Below, one piece after another: positions 47,933 through 58,411 of a stretch of 64,000 nt of DNA. This DNA comes from a virus: positions 4,804 through 68,803 of IMG/VR virus record IMGVR_UViG_3300025122_005608; one strand, written 5' to 3'. The translations under genes and the position numbers were made by a program. A model generated the notes under the pieces. It did no database searches. It was not told the DNA's origin and worked only from the letters and a program-made list of their open reading frames with translations. How positions within the stretch are numbered: position 1 is the stretch's first letter; every line of letters starts with the position of its first letter.

Positions 47933-50900
47933 ATGCCAAATATTAAAGATCTTTTTGGGAATCAGGAACAATCATATAAGATCTTATCAGCAACAGATAT
48001 TAATGCGCTTACTTCTAGCCACGATGCTGAGTCTTTTGGATATATCGAAGCTTACCAAGAAGAAGACAGGCGCTTTTTCCCAGCAGTTGACTATTCACAT
48101 CCGAAAAATTTCGCTAAATATGGCTCCGCACAAGAATATTATGAAGCATCTATTAAAAGAATTTATCGGATGTATCCCTATGATGGATCCCACAAAGAAA
48201 AGATTGAATGGCACAATTCTTCTTCTTACTTAGACAATTATATATTTGATAACGAATATCCTCGGACAAATGGATATTTGCAGTTTGGCCCTAACGGAAC
48301 CTGGAATGGTGGCGCTGGCGGTACCGCCGTAACTGAAGGCGACGAAATATATAAAATTGCGGCCTCCCCTCAATATGTTTCTGTGAAAGGCGGCCCCCAC
48401 GCGGCTTCAACCTTGGACCTAGATGACGAAATTAAATCTCAGGCGCCCGATTTTAAATCTAAAAGTGGGCAAAGCTCTTACACTTCTCCAATCGCCAACA
48501 TCTATGATCCCGCCCTCCGACGAAGCACCAACCTTGCTATGGACGGAGGGAGGGGCAACACGGTTGAATTTTGGGTTAAACTGGCCAGTCCAGATGCCGA
48601 CAATTCGGATTCATTTGTTTGGTTTGATTTGTGGAATGGCACCGGGGCTGACGAGACTGCTATTGGAAGCGCTAGCTACGGCCGATTTTTTATTGAGAGC
48701 CGGTTTAATACTGCTGGCAATCTTGTAGATAATGCCAATTTTCATTTAACCTATATGTCTGGTACTGATGGGGTTTCACGAGTACCTCTTTTCCGCGACC
48801 GTCTGTGGTCGATACTGGGAAGCTCTGTAATAGACACTTGGTGGCATGCCGCGTTTAGTGTGAAGAACAGTGGGCTTTCTGGAGGCGACGACGAGTTAGA
48901 AATCAAAACATATGTGGATGGGAAGTTAATTGAAACATATGCTACTGGAACGAGTGTCGGCCAAGTTACCGGGGCCTTAAACGCAAATGTCGGGGCCTAC
49001 CGTAATTATCCCACAGACGCTGTAAAAACAGCTGCTATTGCTGCGGGTGTCACTGATTTCAACGGTTATAGCTCAACAACCGGTTCGATGGATGAGTTTA
49101 GATTCTGGAAAGTAAGAAGGAACTCTCAAGAAATTGGGCGCAATTGGTTCACACAAGTCTATGGCGGTACCAACAGCGATGACGCAAATACTACGTTGGG
49201 TGTCTATTATAAGTTTAATGAAGGCATTACAGGCGATAATGATTTTGATGCAGTAGCAATAGATTATTCTGGCAGAATTTCTGACGGAACAATCCATAAT
49301 TATACATCTGCCATGAGGTCAACTGAATCCGCAATGGTATTGGCCAAGGCCGCCGATTCTGAGTTCAAAGATCCTATTTTGTATTCTTTCCAGCCAGAAG
49401 TTGCCAATCTCTTGTCGGACAAAAAGGGCGTGGGGTATCAGTATGACATCACTAATAACGCTTCTATAATAAATAGCTTTCCTGATTGGATAGTGGACGA
49501 CGACCTGGAGGTAGGAGGCGGTAATTTACAAAATTTAGTCCAGATAGTCGCTCAATATTTTGATAATCTTCAAGTTTTAATGGATAACCTAAATCACCTT
49601 AAAGATATTGAATATACTAAATATTGCGAACTTACAGCGACACCCTATGCCGATGGGGGTTCCCGGTACAATACAATCGCCAGTAACGATCCTGCTTTCT
49701 CAGCGAGTTATTCGGGCAAACCACTACCTTTTAGTAAAAATCTATTAAGTTCAGTGGGCGTCTGCGTTCCAGATATATTTACCGACGCCACGGCCCTAGA
49801 AGCCTTATCTTCGCGAGATGATTATAGAATATACCAGGAAAAAATATTTGATGTTAAAAATCAAATATATCAGAATATTTACAACAATCTCAACTATATT
49901 TATAAATCAAAAGGTACCGAAAAAGCTTTTAGAAACTTGGTGCGATGTTATGGCGTTGATCAAGACCTTGTAAAATTAAGTTTGTATGGGGACAACATCA
50001 CCCACAAGATAAAGAACAATTTCCGTTCTGTGGCGGCTAAAAAAACTTATATAGATTTTAATCACTTACAGCGCTTTTCTTCCACCGTCTACCAGATGAC
50101 GTCGAGCGTGGGTCCTTATAGCGCTAATACAAATCGATCTTATATCCCTCGCAATACCGCCCTATCCGGAGGGGGCTATGCTCTAACATTTGAAACGGAA
50201 GTACTTTTCCCCAAAAAATATCCCGGTGGGAGTGATTATGAGCCTTATAATAGCCTTACCGCTTCTTTGTTTGGGGCTTATACTGCTGATCCTTCGGCTG
50301 ATATGTGGGAGACAACGTGGGCCTCCCCCCAGACAACCGACTTCCAAGTCTATGCAATCAAAGATGTGCTTGAAAGTAATCGAGAATATGATGGGGACAC
50401 TTATTTCTGGCTTACAAGTTCGGCATTAGGCATTAGTTTAACAAGTAGTTTATTCGATAGTGTTTATGACAATGAAAAATGGAATTTTGCAGTTCGTATC
50501 AAGCCTAGCAAATACCCATGGGTCAACGCCGTAACGGGCACAACGGAGACCACCGACACACATGAAGTGTCCTTTTACGGGGTCCAGGCTGATTTAGACA
50601 TCATTTCTAATGAATTTAATGTTAGTGCGAGCGTCAATAATCATGTTGCTTCTCTTTTCGTTAGTAGGGACAAACGTATATATTTGGGCGCTGAAAGAAC
50701 AAACTTCACTGGAACGCTTTTGGCTCAATCAGATGTTAAAATTTCTTCCACTAGAGTGTGGCTAGATTATTTAACAAATGACGAGATTAAAGCACATGCT
50801 AGAGACGCTGAAAATCATGGGGTTTTGCATCCTTATAGAAATGCTTTTGTATTTCAAACTAATTCGTCGCCTTATTATATTCCACGGTCTGATCTACTAA

Positions 50901-53900
50901 TGTTGGAATGGGACTTTTCCCAAGTGACCGCTTCAAATCCAGGAGGTCGGTTCCCGTTCCAAGATATATCTTCGGGCTCTTTAGAGGCTAATTATGCTCC
51001 TGGTATTACAGATGATAGATATGGACGTCTTAGAACCGTTCTAAGACAACAATTTGCGGGACGCGGCGATTTATTTCCAGCGAACGATACTAACGCCGCA
51101 CAGCGTGAATATATTTATTCGGCTCAACAAATCCCTCCCGAAGTGCTTAACAGTTCTGATATGGTTAACGTGTTGGAGCGCGATGATGTTGTTTTCACCA
51201 AAGAAAGTCTTCCTATAGAACACTATATTGCTGTTGAAAAAAGCATGTATCAGACAATTTCACAAGAAATGCTGAAAATGTTTGCTACAATACAAAATTT
51301 TAATACGCTTATTGGTGATCCGGTTAACCGCTATCGGGGTCAGTATAAAGATATGGAGAAGTTAAAAAGTCTTTTCTATGAAAATATTGAGAATTCCCCG
51401 GATCTAGATAAGTTCGTTGATTTTTATAAGTGGATTGACTCGTCTATAACAATGTTCTTAGAACAACTTTTTCCGGCTTCTGCGAACTACGCGAAGGACA
51501 TGAGAACACTTGTTGAAAGCCATGTATTGGAGCGCAACACTTATCGTAGTAAATTTCCAACGTTGGAGATGAAACAGGAAGATCCCGAGAGTTCTCTTCT
51601 GGGAATTAATGAATTAACTTATAACTGGAAATATGGGCACTCTCCCCAAGCCCAATTACAGCGATCTACTGCTGTAGATATATTGAAAGGAGACCACACC
51701 GCCACCACGGGTCTTGTTAACCTGCAAATCAATCTGCCCACTTCGATAGGCGGCGGCGGGGTAACTTTGGACCTCGTAGCGTACAACGCTTCTCCTGGCG
51801 CACCGGGCGCTAACGCTATACGAATTTATAGAGGCACTAGTGCAGCGGAAAGTGCGGTCAATATCATAGATGCGATTAACGGCACAACAGATACAACGAG
51901 GGTTACTTACGGATCTAGCGTGGCCGCCAACTCTACGCAGGGAATAATAGGTATTAGCGCTAAACCAGGAAGCACCTCTAGTAAGATTACCATAACTGTA
52001 GATAATCCGCTGGCAAGTGGGGAGCCTATAGTTTGGACCCCATCCGGAAGAGGCCCTAAGTATTGGTGGCCCGCCGGCGCGATTTGGCCCCCCCCTTCGT
52101 CTAATGTTGGTCTTTTTACTTTTATAATTTCTACCGATGGAGCCCAAGAAACCAATTGCTTGTGGTGGAACCAAAGGGCTGAACGTGATGGTCCTATTCT
52201 GAGCCAGAGTGTCGCAAGTGTTAATATCGACAGGAATAAAATACTTCATGTTGCCACAACTGAAAACAGCGGTTCTTATTTAAAGAGGGTGCAAGGATCC
52301 ACTTATGTTCTGCGCAAACTTTCACGCCCTTATAAAGAAGGAGTCTCTATTGGAAGGCAGGTTCATGGTGGAGTAAATTATGCCAAAGCAAAGAATCGGG
52401 AATATTATCGATCCAAGTTTAATGAATTTGGAGCCAATAATATTATCAATTTTAACAAAGAAAGTGTGATTACCGACCCGGAAGAAGATTGTAATGATAA
52501 TAATGGGCTCAAATTTAAACAAAAATTAAAATTTGAGATGTGGCCCACGAGAGGAGACTCCACCAAGGCAGACGCTTATAAGGGAAATCTCATCTCTCCT
52601 TTCAACCTATATCTCGCCAATCCTCCTGCTAGCGCTTCGGCTATAGAAGACATGTCCACGGAAGTCGCTTTTGTTAATTTGCATAGTGATACTTACGGGG
52701 TAAGTAATGAAATCCCAATGCAGACGCCATTTACTGAAAAATATGTGGGAGGAAACCAATATAGGCATGTTGGGCTAAATACCTCTTCTTTGACCGACGC
52801 CTCGACACGACCCGAAGGGTTTGTTATAGATTACCGGCTAGAGAGTATGCACGGTCCCGACTATAACAATCTTTATCGACCTAGAGCAACGCATACTCGC
52901 GAACCCATGGCCAAGCGGCCTTTAAACATTAAAAATATTCGCCAAACAACTGGCTCAACAGTTATTGGCAATTATGAGAAGAATTATGAAGTGGTTCAAA
53001 CTTCGGGTCGGAGGATAAATAATAAGTATTTTGTAGAGGTTGAAGGCGTCGGCTTTGGCGAGGTTATTTCAGGCGCAGCGCGCCCATATGGCGGTACGAA
53101 TGAAGTCATTACCGACTCCTTATTTAGAGCCGCCACTAATGCCAGCACACCGGTGTCTCTTGCTCATTTTCCATGGGATGGCTCGCAATTTAAATTAAGC
53201 TTTACTTTTACCGCCGCAGCCGCTGTCGGAGCCCAGCTTGGTATAGGATTTATAGGTGGTTCTGATTATATAGTGTTCATCGCCGTTGATGACGGGGCAC
53301 ATGGAGATGGCGATAATATTTCCGGCTTTAATTATGCTTTTCAAAGAGGGGATTCATCTGGCACTCCAACTACAGCTGTAGCCGATCATTTAAATACTGC
53401 CATTGCCCGGGTTCTTCTTACGATGACTTTGCCTAGTTTAAAGGCGCTTACTGTGTCTGTAGCGAGCGCAACTGTCACTCTGGTACAAGATATAAATCAG
53501 ACTACTCTGGCAGCCTCCCCCGAAACTCCATTTTTTATGGAAGGACAACCTTATGTATCGGGGAATTATAACTTCACACTTCCAGATCGCACTAACTATG
53601 ATACTATTTTTGTTGAACGCTTTTCCGCTCCGGGCAGTTTCGAAGTTCTTTCTCGCGGATATATGGATCCCTTTGCTGAAGAATATTCTCCTTATAATGC
53701 TCTGCCCTTTAGAAATTGGACAGTTCGAGGACCTAGATTTAAAAAGCTTGCCAGCCCCCGTGTGGGGGTGAGTGCAAGCATTTGGTCCACGGGCTCTCTC
53801 GGCCTCCAATCGCTGCTTACTAGACATTGTGGTTGGGGTGGTTATGATTACGAACTACAAACAACTGGTGCTTATCAAAAGACCAACAGAAATCGACTTC

Positions 53901-56900
53901 GAATGATGGAATCTTCTTCTGCTGGCTATTCTACCGGCTCTCAATTCGATAATTGGTGGGTTCAACACCCAATTCCAAGAAGTGACTTTAATTATTCGTG
54001 GATTACAGCCTCTGTAATGTCCACAAATCCATCGAATGCCTTTGGTTTTGGCTACTTCCCTGCGGATGGAATGGTCTCAAGTTCTGCCGGCGGGTTTCAG
54101 TCGGCTGTTAATTTCTGTAGTGCGAGCGACATTGGAAGTTATGATAGTGGAGGTCCCGATATAACCTATGCTGTGCAAAAGGGTGTTTCTGTTTCGGACT
54201 TTTTGGTTAACGACTTTATTGGATTAAATTCGAACATCTATGAACCAATCACTTCAAGTGATAACTATTTGGGTTACCCTTTGGGGCTCTTTGCTGGACG
54301 GAGTGCTGGTGTTGTTTATAACAGTTTCCCTTACCAAGGCGGCCTTATTAACTCTAATACTGTCCCCGCTCCACCCCTTTTAGGCGGTCTGGCCTTGGTT
54401 CTAAACGGCTTGCTTCATCATCGTAATGGCCCTTACGGGTGGCCCTCATGGAAGCAAATTAGAGCCGGCCAGACTGCGGTACCTAGACATCATAAAAAAA
54501 ATAACACCTTTTCTATTTCTGTTAGGGACGCGCCACAACCATGGGGGCTTACGGTTTTCCCCAAGATGGGGGGGATGTCCCCTCTGGTAAGAGCAGGTTT
54601 TGATCTTTCTTATAAAGGGCTTGAGAACGCAAGCCATAAAATAACTAATCCGAAAGCTATTTCGCTTGAATGTTATACGGAACCCTTGATCACTTCCAAA
54701 TATTTTCCAATGAGGCATAGGCTAGATACTGTTGATGATAATGCTCTTTCTGAACTGGTTATAGACCATACATACACCAATAATTTGGCAAGGTTCGCTA
54801 ATCCACACTTGGACAGTAGAATTCAATTTGGCCTTGGCGTGCAAGGGGCACCAGAGCAAGTATATGACCAACTTACAAATATGTATTTGGATACAACTTT
54901 GCCAGCGACATCAAACCCAATCAAAGCCTTCAGAAATTTAGTTTATAAAGAAGGTGTTTACCCCAAGGCCCAAAATACATATCTGGCTAAGACGAGAGGT
55001 AGAACAAAATACACCGAGACGCCAGAGGTTATTCAGGGTTCTTCGTATATAAAGCCATTAGGACAGCAGCGAACTTTTTGGAAAGATAATTTGGCAGACC
55101 GACAGAGAACTGGCGATGTTGCGCACAATGCTCTAGATTATGTTATCCGCTCAACTAATGACTTGTTCCCTCCCTATTTGGGGGGTTTGGAATATCCCCG
55201 TGCTAGTGATTTAAGTATATGGCCTTTGGATGTGGGGTCCAGATATTTAGCTGATGATAATGCTTGTTCAAGACTTAGTGGTTCCAATCATGGACAATTA
55301 TCGCTTAACAACACGACAGTAAGCTTAGTGTTGGTTGAGAGTGGGGCAGTCGGAGCCGTCCCCACAGCATCATTTAATTATGAATATTGGAATGATATTT
55401 TGTTTAAGTTGCCTAGTAACACCCCCGCTAGCTTCCCCCGACAGTCGGGAGACTCTATTTATTCTCCGCTTATTCCTGATTGGGAGACAGCAAAATTGTC
55501 GGGAAAAAATCCATGGTTTAATTCTTATGAGGATTACGCACAAGATATTCGGTGTTTTGGGAAAGAATATACTGTTTTACCAGAATTTAAAATATCTGAT
55601 CATATTGATTATTATTTGAACCTTGAAAATTTTCAAGCTAAAAACAATAAGTTTCTATCCTTGGAGGGAGGTGCGTTATCCCAAAGTGCTGCCTCTCCTA
55701 GCGCATCGTTTGACAATGATTTCTTTAATGAATATTGTCATAGCGACTTCTTAAAGCATTTTGAAGTGGTTCAAGAGAGGCATGAGAAGGTGGGTATTCC
55801 CACCACGCAAATGACTATTAAATGTCATGGTATTAAAAAATTACTACCTTATGACGGTTTTTATCCAATGCTTAGAACTGTGCAGTTGGGTAGCTTGTTT
55901 TCTCAATCGTTCGCCCCTTATTTAATAGGGAGCAATAACTATTCTTCTGATCCCACCACTGAGCGACTAGCTTCGATTATGCAGCCGTTCTTTAATCCGG
56001 GTATTTTATACAATACCATTAAATCTGGATTGGCCGTGGATTGGATGGCCTTTACAGGCACTGTCGGCCCAGCTATGGCAGACACGGGCAGTGTGTTTTT
56101 AGAAAGTGGCAGCATTTCGTCTTCCTTCCGGTTTCCATTTGAATCGTTGGTAGATCCCGGTGCGTATTTACCCACCTTTTCTTTTACAGGTTCTACCTCC
56201 ATAAAAGACGCCGCACTTTATTACGCGGACACTTCGAACTGGTGGGGTGAAGCGGCTGTCCTCCCTAGTGGTATTACTGGACCCCACCATATCACTGGTG
56301 CCTACGGAGTGTGGAGAGGGAACCAAAAATTAAATTACACTATGGCAATGCAGAATTTCTTAGGGGAATCGGCCCGATTTTTCTTAAAAGGAAGTAAATT
56401 TAAAAATATTATTTCTGGACCGGAGCAGAAAATAAAACCTTTTATTTCAGGTGTTACATATTATATGGACTTGGTATGTTATAAAACAGATGATATGATT
56501 ATGTATGAAGGACCACAACACCTCCAAACGACGGCACCTCTTGGCTCTCTGAGCAGACAAGCGCGGGGCATGCATTATGGGCCTCTTTGCCAAGTAACCG
56601 GCAGCCCTCCGGGATCGGAAGACAATGCCGCTTACTTGGATAATCTTTTGGGCAAATATCGGTATGACCCGGGATTTGCCCCCTACACTCCACCATATTT
56701 TTATGGAAAATCGGTTTCAACTTTTGCCTTTAAACCCCACGAAGCCAGGTGGTTGGATCCCTTTCAGGAAACCCACGATTTTAACTTAGATGATATTACA
56801 GGGTATCTTAGAGATCAAGGCACCGTGCATTACAATGAATTTAATTATGATTCTTCCGGAATTTTATTGGATTCGATTGTGGGATCAACAAGAGACGGCG

Positions 56901-58411
56901 TTGTCCCACGCGGCGTCGAGGCAGATACTTTCAGAGATAGTGCTTTAGCGGCTAGAACCCAGATGAATAATGCATCTTCTTTTAATATGTTTGATATTGT
57001 ACACGTACCGAAAGTAGATTTTAATCCTCAAACCGGGGCACCTCTAGCGACAAATACAAATGTTGAGAAATATTGGAATATTTCACCTAAATTTGAATGT
57101 CCTGTTTTGAATTTTTCTGGGACTGATACAACGGTGACCGGTGTTTTTCCTCCTGCGGGGGGCGGCTATGATATAAATACCCGGGGAATGTGGCGCGGCT
57201 ATGGTACCACACCCCGAGACGGCCAGGGTATATTTTTTGAAGTAAAAGAGTCTTTTCCGACCTACACTTATGCAGCGTCTGCAGCCCCCACTCATAAAAC
57301 TATAGGTGGAAAACCTTACGATATTCCTCTTAGTGCCTCTCTGCTACAACAGTTGGGATTTAGATCGGGAATGAAACAACGAATTGGGGAAGTGAGTGAC
57401 ACCAGGGAAATTTTTGAAGCGGTTGTTGCAATCCCATTCAAGAACGTAGCAAATCAAAAGGCTTTCTTCCCGATATTATCAGCCGACGATCCTGTTATGA
57501 AAAAAGTATTATCTCGAAGAGTGGTCGAAGCTCTTTTAGGTAATGATGAGCCTTTAGATTCTGAGATATATACTCCTGGTCCGTCGATTGTTAATATGGT
57601 AGAGACCATGCAGAAATATATTTTTCCACCTAAATTAGATTTTATTGCAAACAAAAATGTCACTCCGTTTTGTATGTATATATTCGAGTTTGGACACACG
57701 CTAGACAAGCAAGATCTTAATGATATTTGGCAGGGAGTTATGCCGCAAATCTCTTTGCAGGCAGAAAAAGCAACCGCCACAATTAGCCATTTTCTTACGA
57801 ATAATGAGTTGTTGGGCGCTGGGCCCATTGCAAAAGATTTGCGATGGCTCGTTTTTAAAGTGAAACAAAAAGCAGAGAAAAGCTATTATAATGTGACAGT
57901 ATCAACCTCTGATGACGATAAATTTAGATTTGATTTCGATATTGGAGAATCTAATAGCAGCGTCACAGTTCCTAAATATTCTTATAACTGGCCTTATGAT
58001 TTCTTCAGCCTTGTGGAATTAGCCAAAATAGATACGGCTGTCCAGATCGGAGGGAATGTCCCATTCACGCCACCAGATATTACAGACAAGTTCGAACCTG
58101 TGCCATTTGGCGCGGTAAAACTGCCAGCGCAGGGCGGGCCAAAGATGGCTATTCCAGCCGGCGCGATTTTGGTCGATGATAGTGGACAAGGCGCCCCGGG
58201 GTATCCGGCAGGCCAAATTCCTCCGGGCTTGGATATAACAAAAATTGGCAATATTGTAGCCGGCCAGCCGTCGCCCATGATGGGTGCGGGATCCCAAATG
58301 TCTCAGGCTCTCAAGCAAGGGGGAGGCTTGGGGCAAACATCCAAAGGTCTTAAAACGAGTGGAAAAAATATGGGCAACTATGGCTCAACTACAAAGAAGG
58401 GGGATATTTAG
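47933..58411 (+). CDS. Giant (3492 aa) baseplate/tail protein with LamG-like domains
   Basis: TVEFWVK...YVDG...MDEFRFW...YYKFNEG LamG pattern; IYKSKGT baseplate-wedge motif; second LamG-like region. Confidence 0.78.
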   Translation: MPNIKDLFGNQEQSYKILSATDINALTSSHDAESFGYIEAYQEEDRRFFPAVDYSHPKNFAKYGSAQEYYEASIKRIYRMYPYDGSHKEKIEWHNSSSYLDNYIFDNEYPRTNGYLQFGPNGTWNGGAGGTAVTEGDEIYKIAASPQYVSVKGGPHAASTLDLDDEIKSQAPDFKSKSGQSSYTSPIANIYDPALRRSTNLAMDGGRGNTVEFWVKLASPDADNSDSFVWFDLWNGTGADETAIGSASYGRFFIESRFNTAGNLVDNANFHLTYMSGTDGVSRVPLFRDRLWSILGSSVIDTWWHAAFSVKNSGLSGGDDELEIKTYVDGKLIETYATGTSVGQVTGALNANVGAYRNYPTDAVKTAAIAAGVTDFNGYSSTTGSMDEFRFWKVRRNSQEIGRNWFTQVYGGTNSDDANTTLGVYYKFNEGITGDNDFDAVAIDYSGRISDGTIHNYTSAMRSTESAMVLAKAADSEFKDPILYSFQPEVANLLSDKKGVGYQYDITNNASIINSFPDWIVDDDLEVGGGNLQNLVQIVAQYFDNLQVLMDNLNHLKDIEYTKYCELTATPYADGGSRYNTIASNDPAFSASYSGKPLPFSKNLLSSVGVCVPDIFTDATALEALSSRDDYRIYQEKIFDVKNQIYQNIYNNLNYIYKSKGTEKAFRNLVRCYGVDQDLVKLSLYGDNITHKIKNNFRSVAAKKTYIDFNHLQRFSSTVYQMTSSVGPYSANTNRSYIPRNTALSGGGYALTFETEVLFPKKYPGGSDYEPYNSLTASLFGAYTADPSADMWETTWASPQTTDFQVYAIKDVLESNREYDGDTYFWLTSSALGISLTSSLFDSVYDNEKWNFAVRIKPSKYPWVNAVTGTTETTDTHEVSFYGVQADLDIISNEFNVSASVNNHVASLFVSRDKRIYLGAERTNFTGTLLAQSDVKISSTRVWLDYLTNDEIKAHARDAENHGVLHPYRNAFVFQTNSSPYYIPRSDLLMLEWDFSQVTASNPGGRFPFQDISSGSLEANYAPGITDDRYGRLRTVLRQQFAGRGDLFPANDTNAAQREYIYSAQQIPPEVLNSSDMVNVLERDDVVFTKESLPIEHYIAVEKSMYQTISQEMLKMFATIQNFNTLIGDPVNRYRGQYKDMEKLKSLFYENIENSPDLDKFVDFYKWIDSSITMFLEQLFPASANYAKDMRTLVESHVLERNTYRSKFPTLEMKQEDPESSLLGINELTYNWKYGHSPQAQLQRSTAVDILKGDHTATTGLVNLQINLPTSIGGGGVTLDLVAYNASPGAPGANAIRIYRGTSAAESAVNIIDAINGTTDTTRVTYGSSVAANSTQGIIGISAKPGSTSSKITITVDNPLASGEPIVWTPSGRGPKYWWPAGAIWPPPSSNVGLFTFIISTDGAQETNCLWWNQRAERDGPILSQSVASVNIDRNKILHVATTENSGSYLKRVQGSTYVLRKLSRPYKEGVSIGRQVHGGVNYAKAKNREYYRSKFNEFGANNIINFNKESVITDPEEDCNDNNGLKFKQKLKFEMWPTRGDSTKADAYKGNLISPFNLYLANPPASASAIEDMSTEVAFVNLHSDTYGVSNEIPMQTPFTEKYVGGNQYRHVGLNTSSLTDASTRPEGFVIDYRLESMHGPDYNNLYRPRATHTREPMAKRPLNIKNIRQTTGSTVIGNYEKNYEVVQTSGRRINNKYFVEVEGVGFGEVISGAARPYGGTNEVITDSLFRAATNASTPVSLAHFPWDGSQFKLSFTFTAAAAVGAQLGIGFIGGSDYIVFIAVDDGAHGDGDNISGFNYAFQRGDSSGTPTTAVADHLNTAIARVLLTMTLPSLKALTVSVASATVTLVQDINQTTLAASPETPFFMEGQPYVSGNYNFTLPDRTNYDTIFVERFSAPGSFEVLSRGYMDPFAEEYSPYNALPFRNWTVRGPRFKKLASPRVGVSASIWSTGSLGLQSLLTRHCGWGGYDYELQTTGAYQKTNRNRLRMMESSSAGYSTGSQFDNWWVQHPIPRSDFNYSWITASVMSTNPSNAFGFGYFPADGMVSSSAGGFQSAVNFCSASDIGSYDSGGPDITYAVQKGVSVSDFLVNDFIGLNSNIYEPITSSDNYLGYPLGLFAGRSAGVVYNSFPYQGGLINSNTVPAPPLLGGLALVLNGLLHHRNGPYGWPSWKQIRAGQTAVPRHHKKNNTFSISVRDAPQPWGLTVFPKMGGMSPLVRAGFDLSYKGLENASHKITNPKAISLECYTEPLITSKYFPMRHRLDTVDDNALSELVIDHTYTNNLARFANPHLDSRIQFGLGVQGAPEQVYDQLTNMYLDTTLPATSNPIKAFRNLVYKEGVYPKAQNTYLAKTRGRTKYTETPEVIQGSSYIKPLGQQRTFWKDNLADRQRTGDVAHNALDYVIRSTNDLFPPYLGGLEYPRASDLSIWPLDVGSRYLADDNACSRLSGSNHGQLSLNNTTVSLVLVESGAVGAVPTASFNYEYWNDILFKLPSNTPASFPRQSGDSIYSPLIPDWETAKLSGKNPWFNSYEDYAQDIRCFGKEYTVLPEFKISDHIDYYLNLENFQAKNNKFLSLEGGALSQSAASPSASFDNDFFNEYCHSDFLKHFEVVQERHEKVGIPTTQMTIKCHGIKKLLPYDGFYPMLRTVQLGSLFSQSFAPYLIGSNNYSSDPTTERLASIMQPFFNPGILYNTIKSGLAVDWMAFTGTVGPAMADTGSVFLESGSISSSFRFPFESLVDPGAYLPTFSFTGSTSIKDAALYYADTSNWWGEAAVLPSGITGPHHITGAYGVWRGNQKLNYTMAMQNFLGESARFFLKGSKFKNIISGPEQKIKPFISGVTYYMDLVCYKTDDMIMYEGPQHLQTTAPLGSLSRQARGMHYGPLCQVTGSPPGSEDNAAYLDNLLGKYRYDPGFAPYTPPYFYGKSVSTFAFKPHEARWLDPFQETHDFNLDDITGYLRDQGTVHYNEFNYDSSGILLDSIVGSTRDGVVPRGVEADTFRDSALAARTQMNNASSFNMFDIVHVPKVDFNPQTGAPLATNTNVEKYWNISPKFECPVLNFSGTDTTVTGVFPPAGGGYDINTRGMWRGYGTTPRDGQGIFFEVKESFPTYTYAASAAPTHKTIGGKPYDIPLSASLLQQLGFRSGMKQRIGEVSDTREIFEAVVAIPFKNVANQKAFFPILSADDPVMKKVLSRRVVEALLGNDEPLDSEIYTPGPSIVNMVETMQKYIFPPKLDFIANKNVTPFCMYIFEFGHTLDKQDLNDIWQGVMPQISLQAEKATATISHFLTNNELLGAGPIAKDLRWLVFKVKQKAEKSYYNVTVSTSDDDKFRFDFDIGESNSSVTVPKYSYNWPYDFFSLVELAKIDTAVQIGGNVPFTPPDITDKFEPVPFGAVKLPAQGGPKMAIPAGAILVDDSGQGAPGYPAGQIPPGLDITKIGNIVAGQPSPMMGAGSQMSQALKQGGGLGQTSKGLKTSGKNMGNYGSTTKKGDI

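Noticed and set aside
47933-58411. Inteins, introns or diversity-generating retroelement targets in the giant genes
   Set aside because: No intein splice motifs, homing endonuclease, reverse transcriptase or template/variable repeat pair seen by eye; a subtle case cannot be excluded
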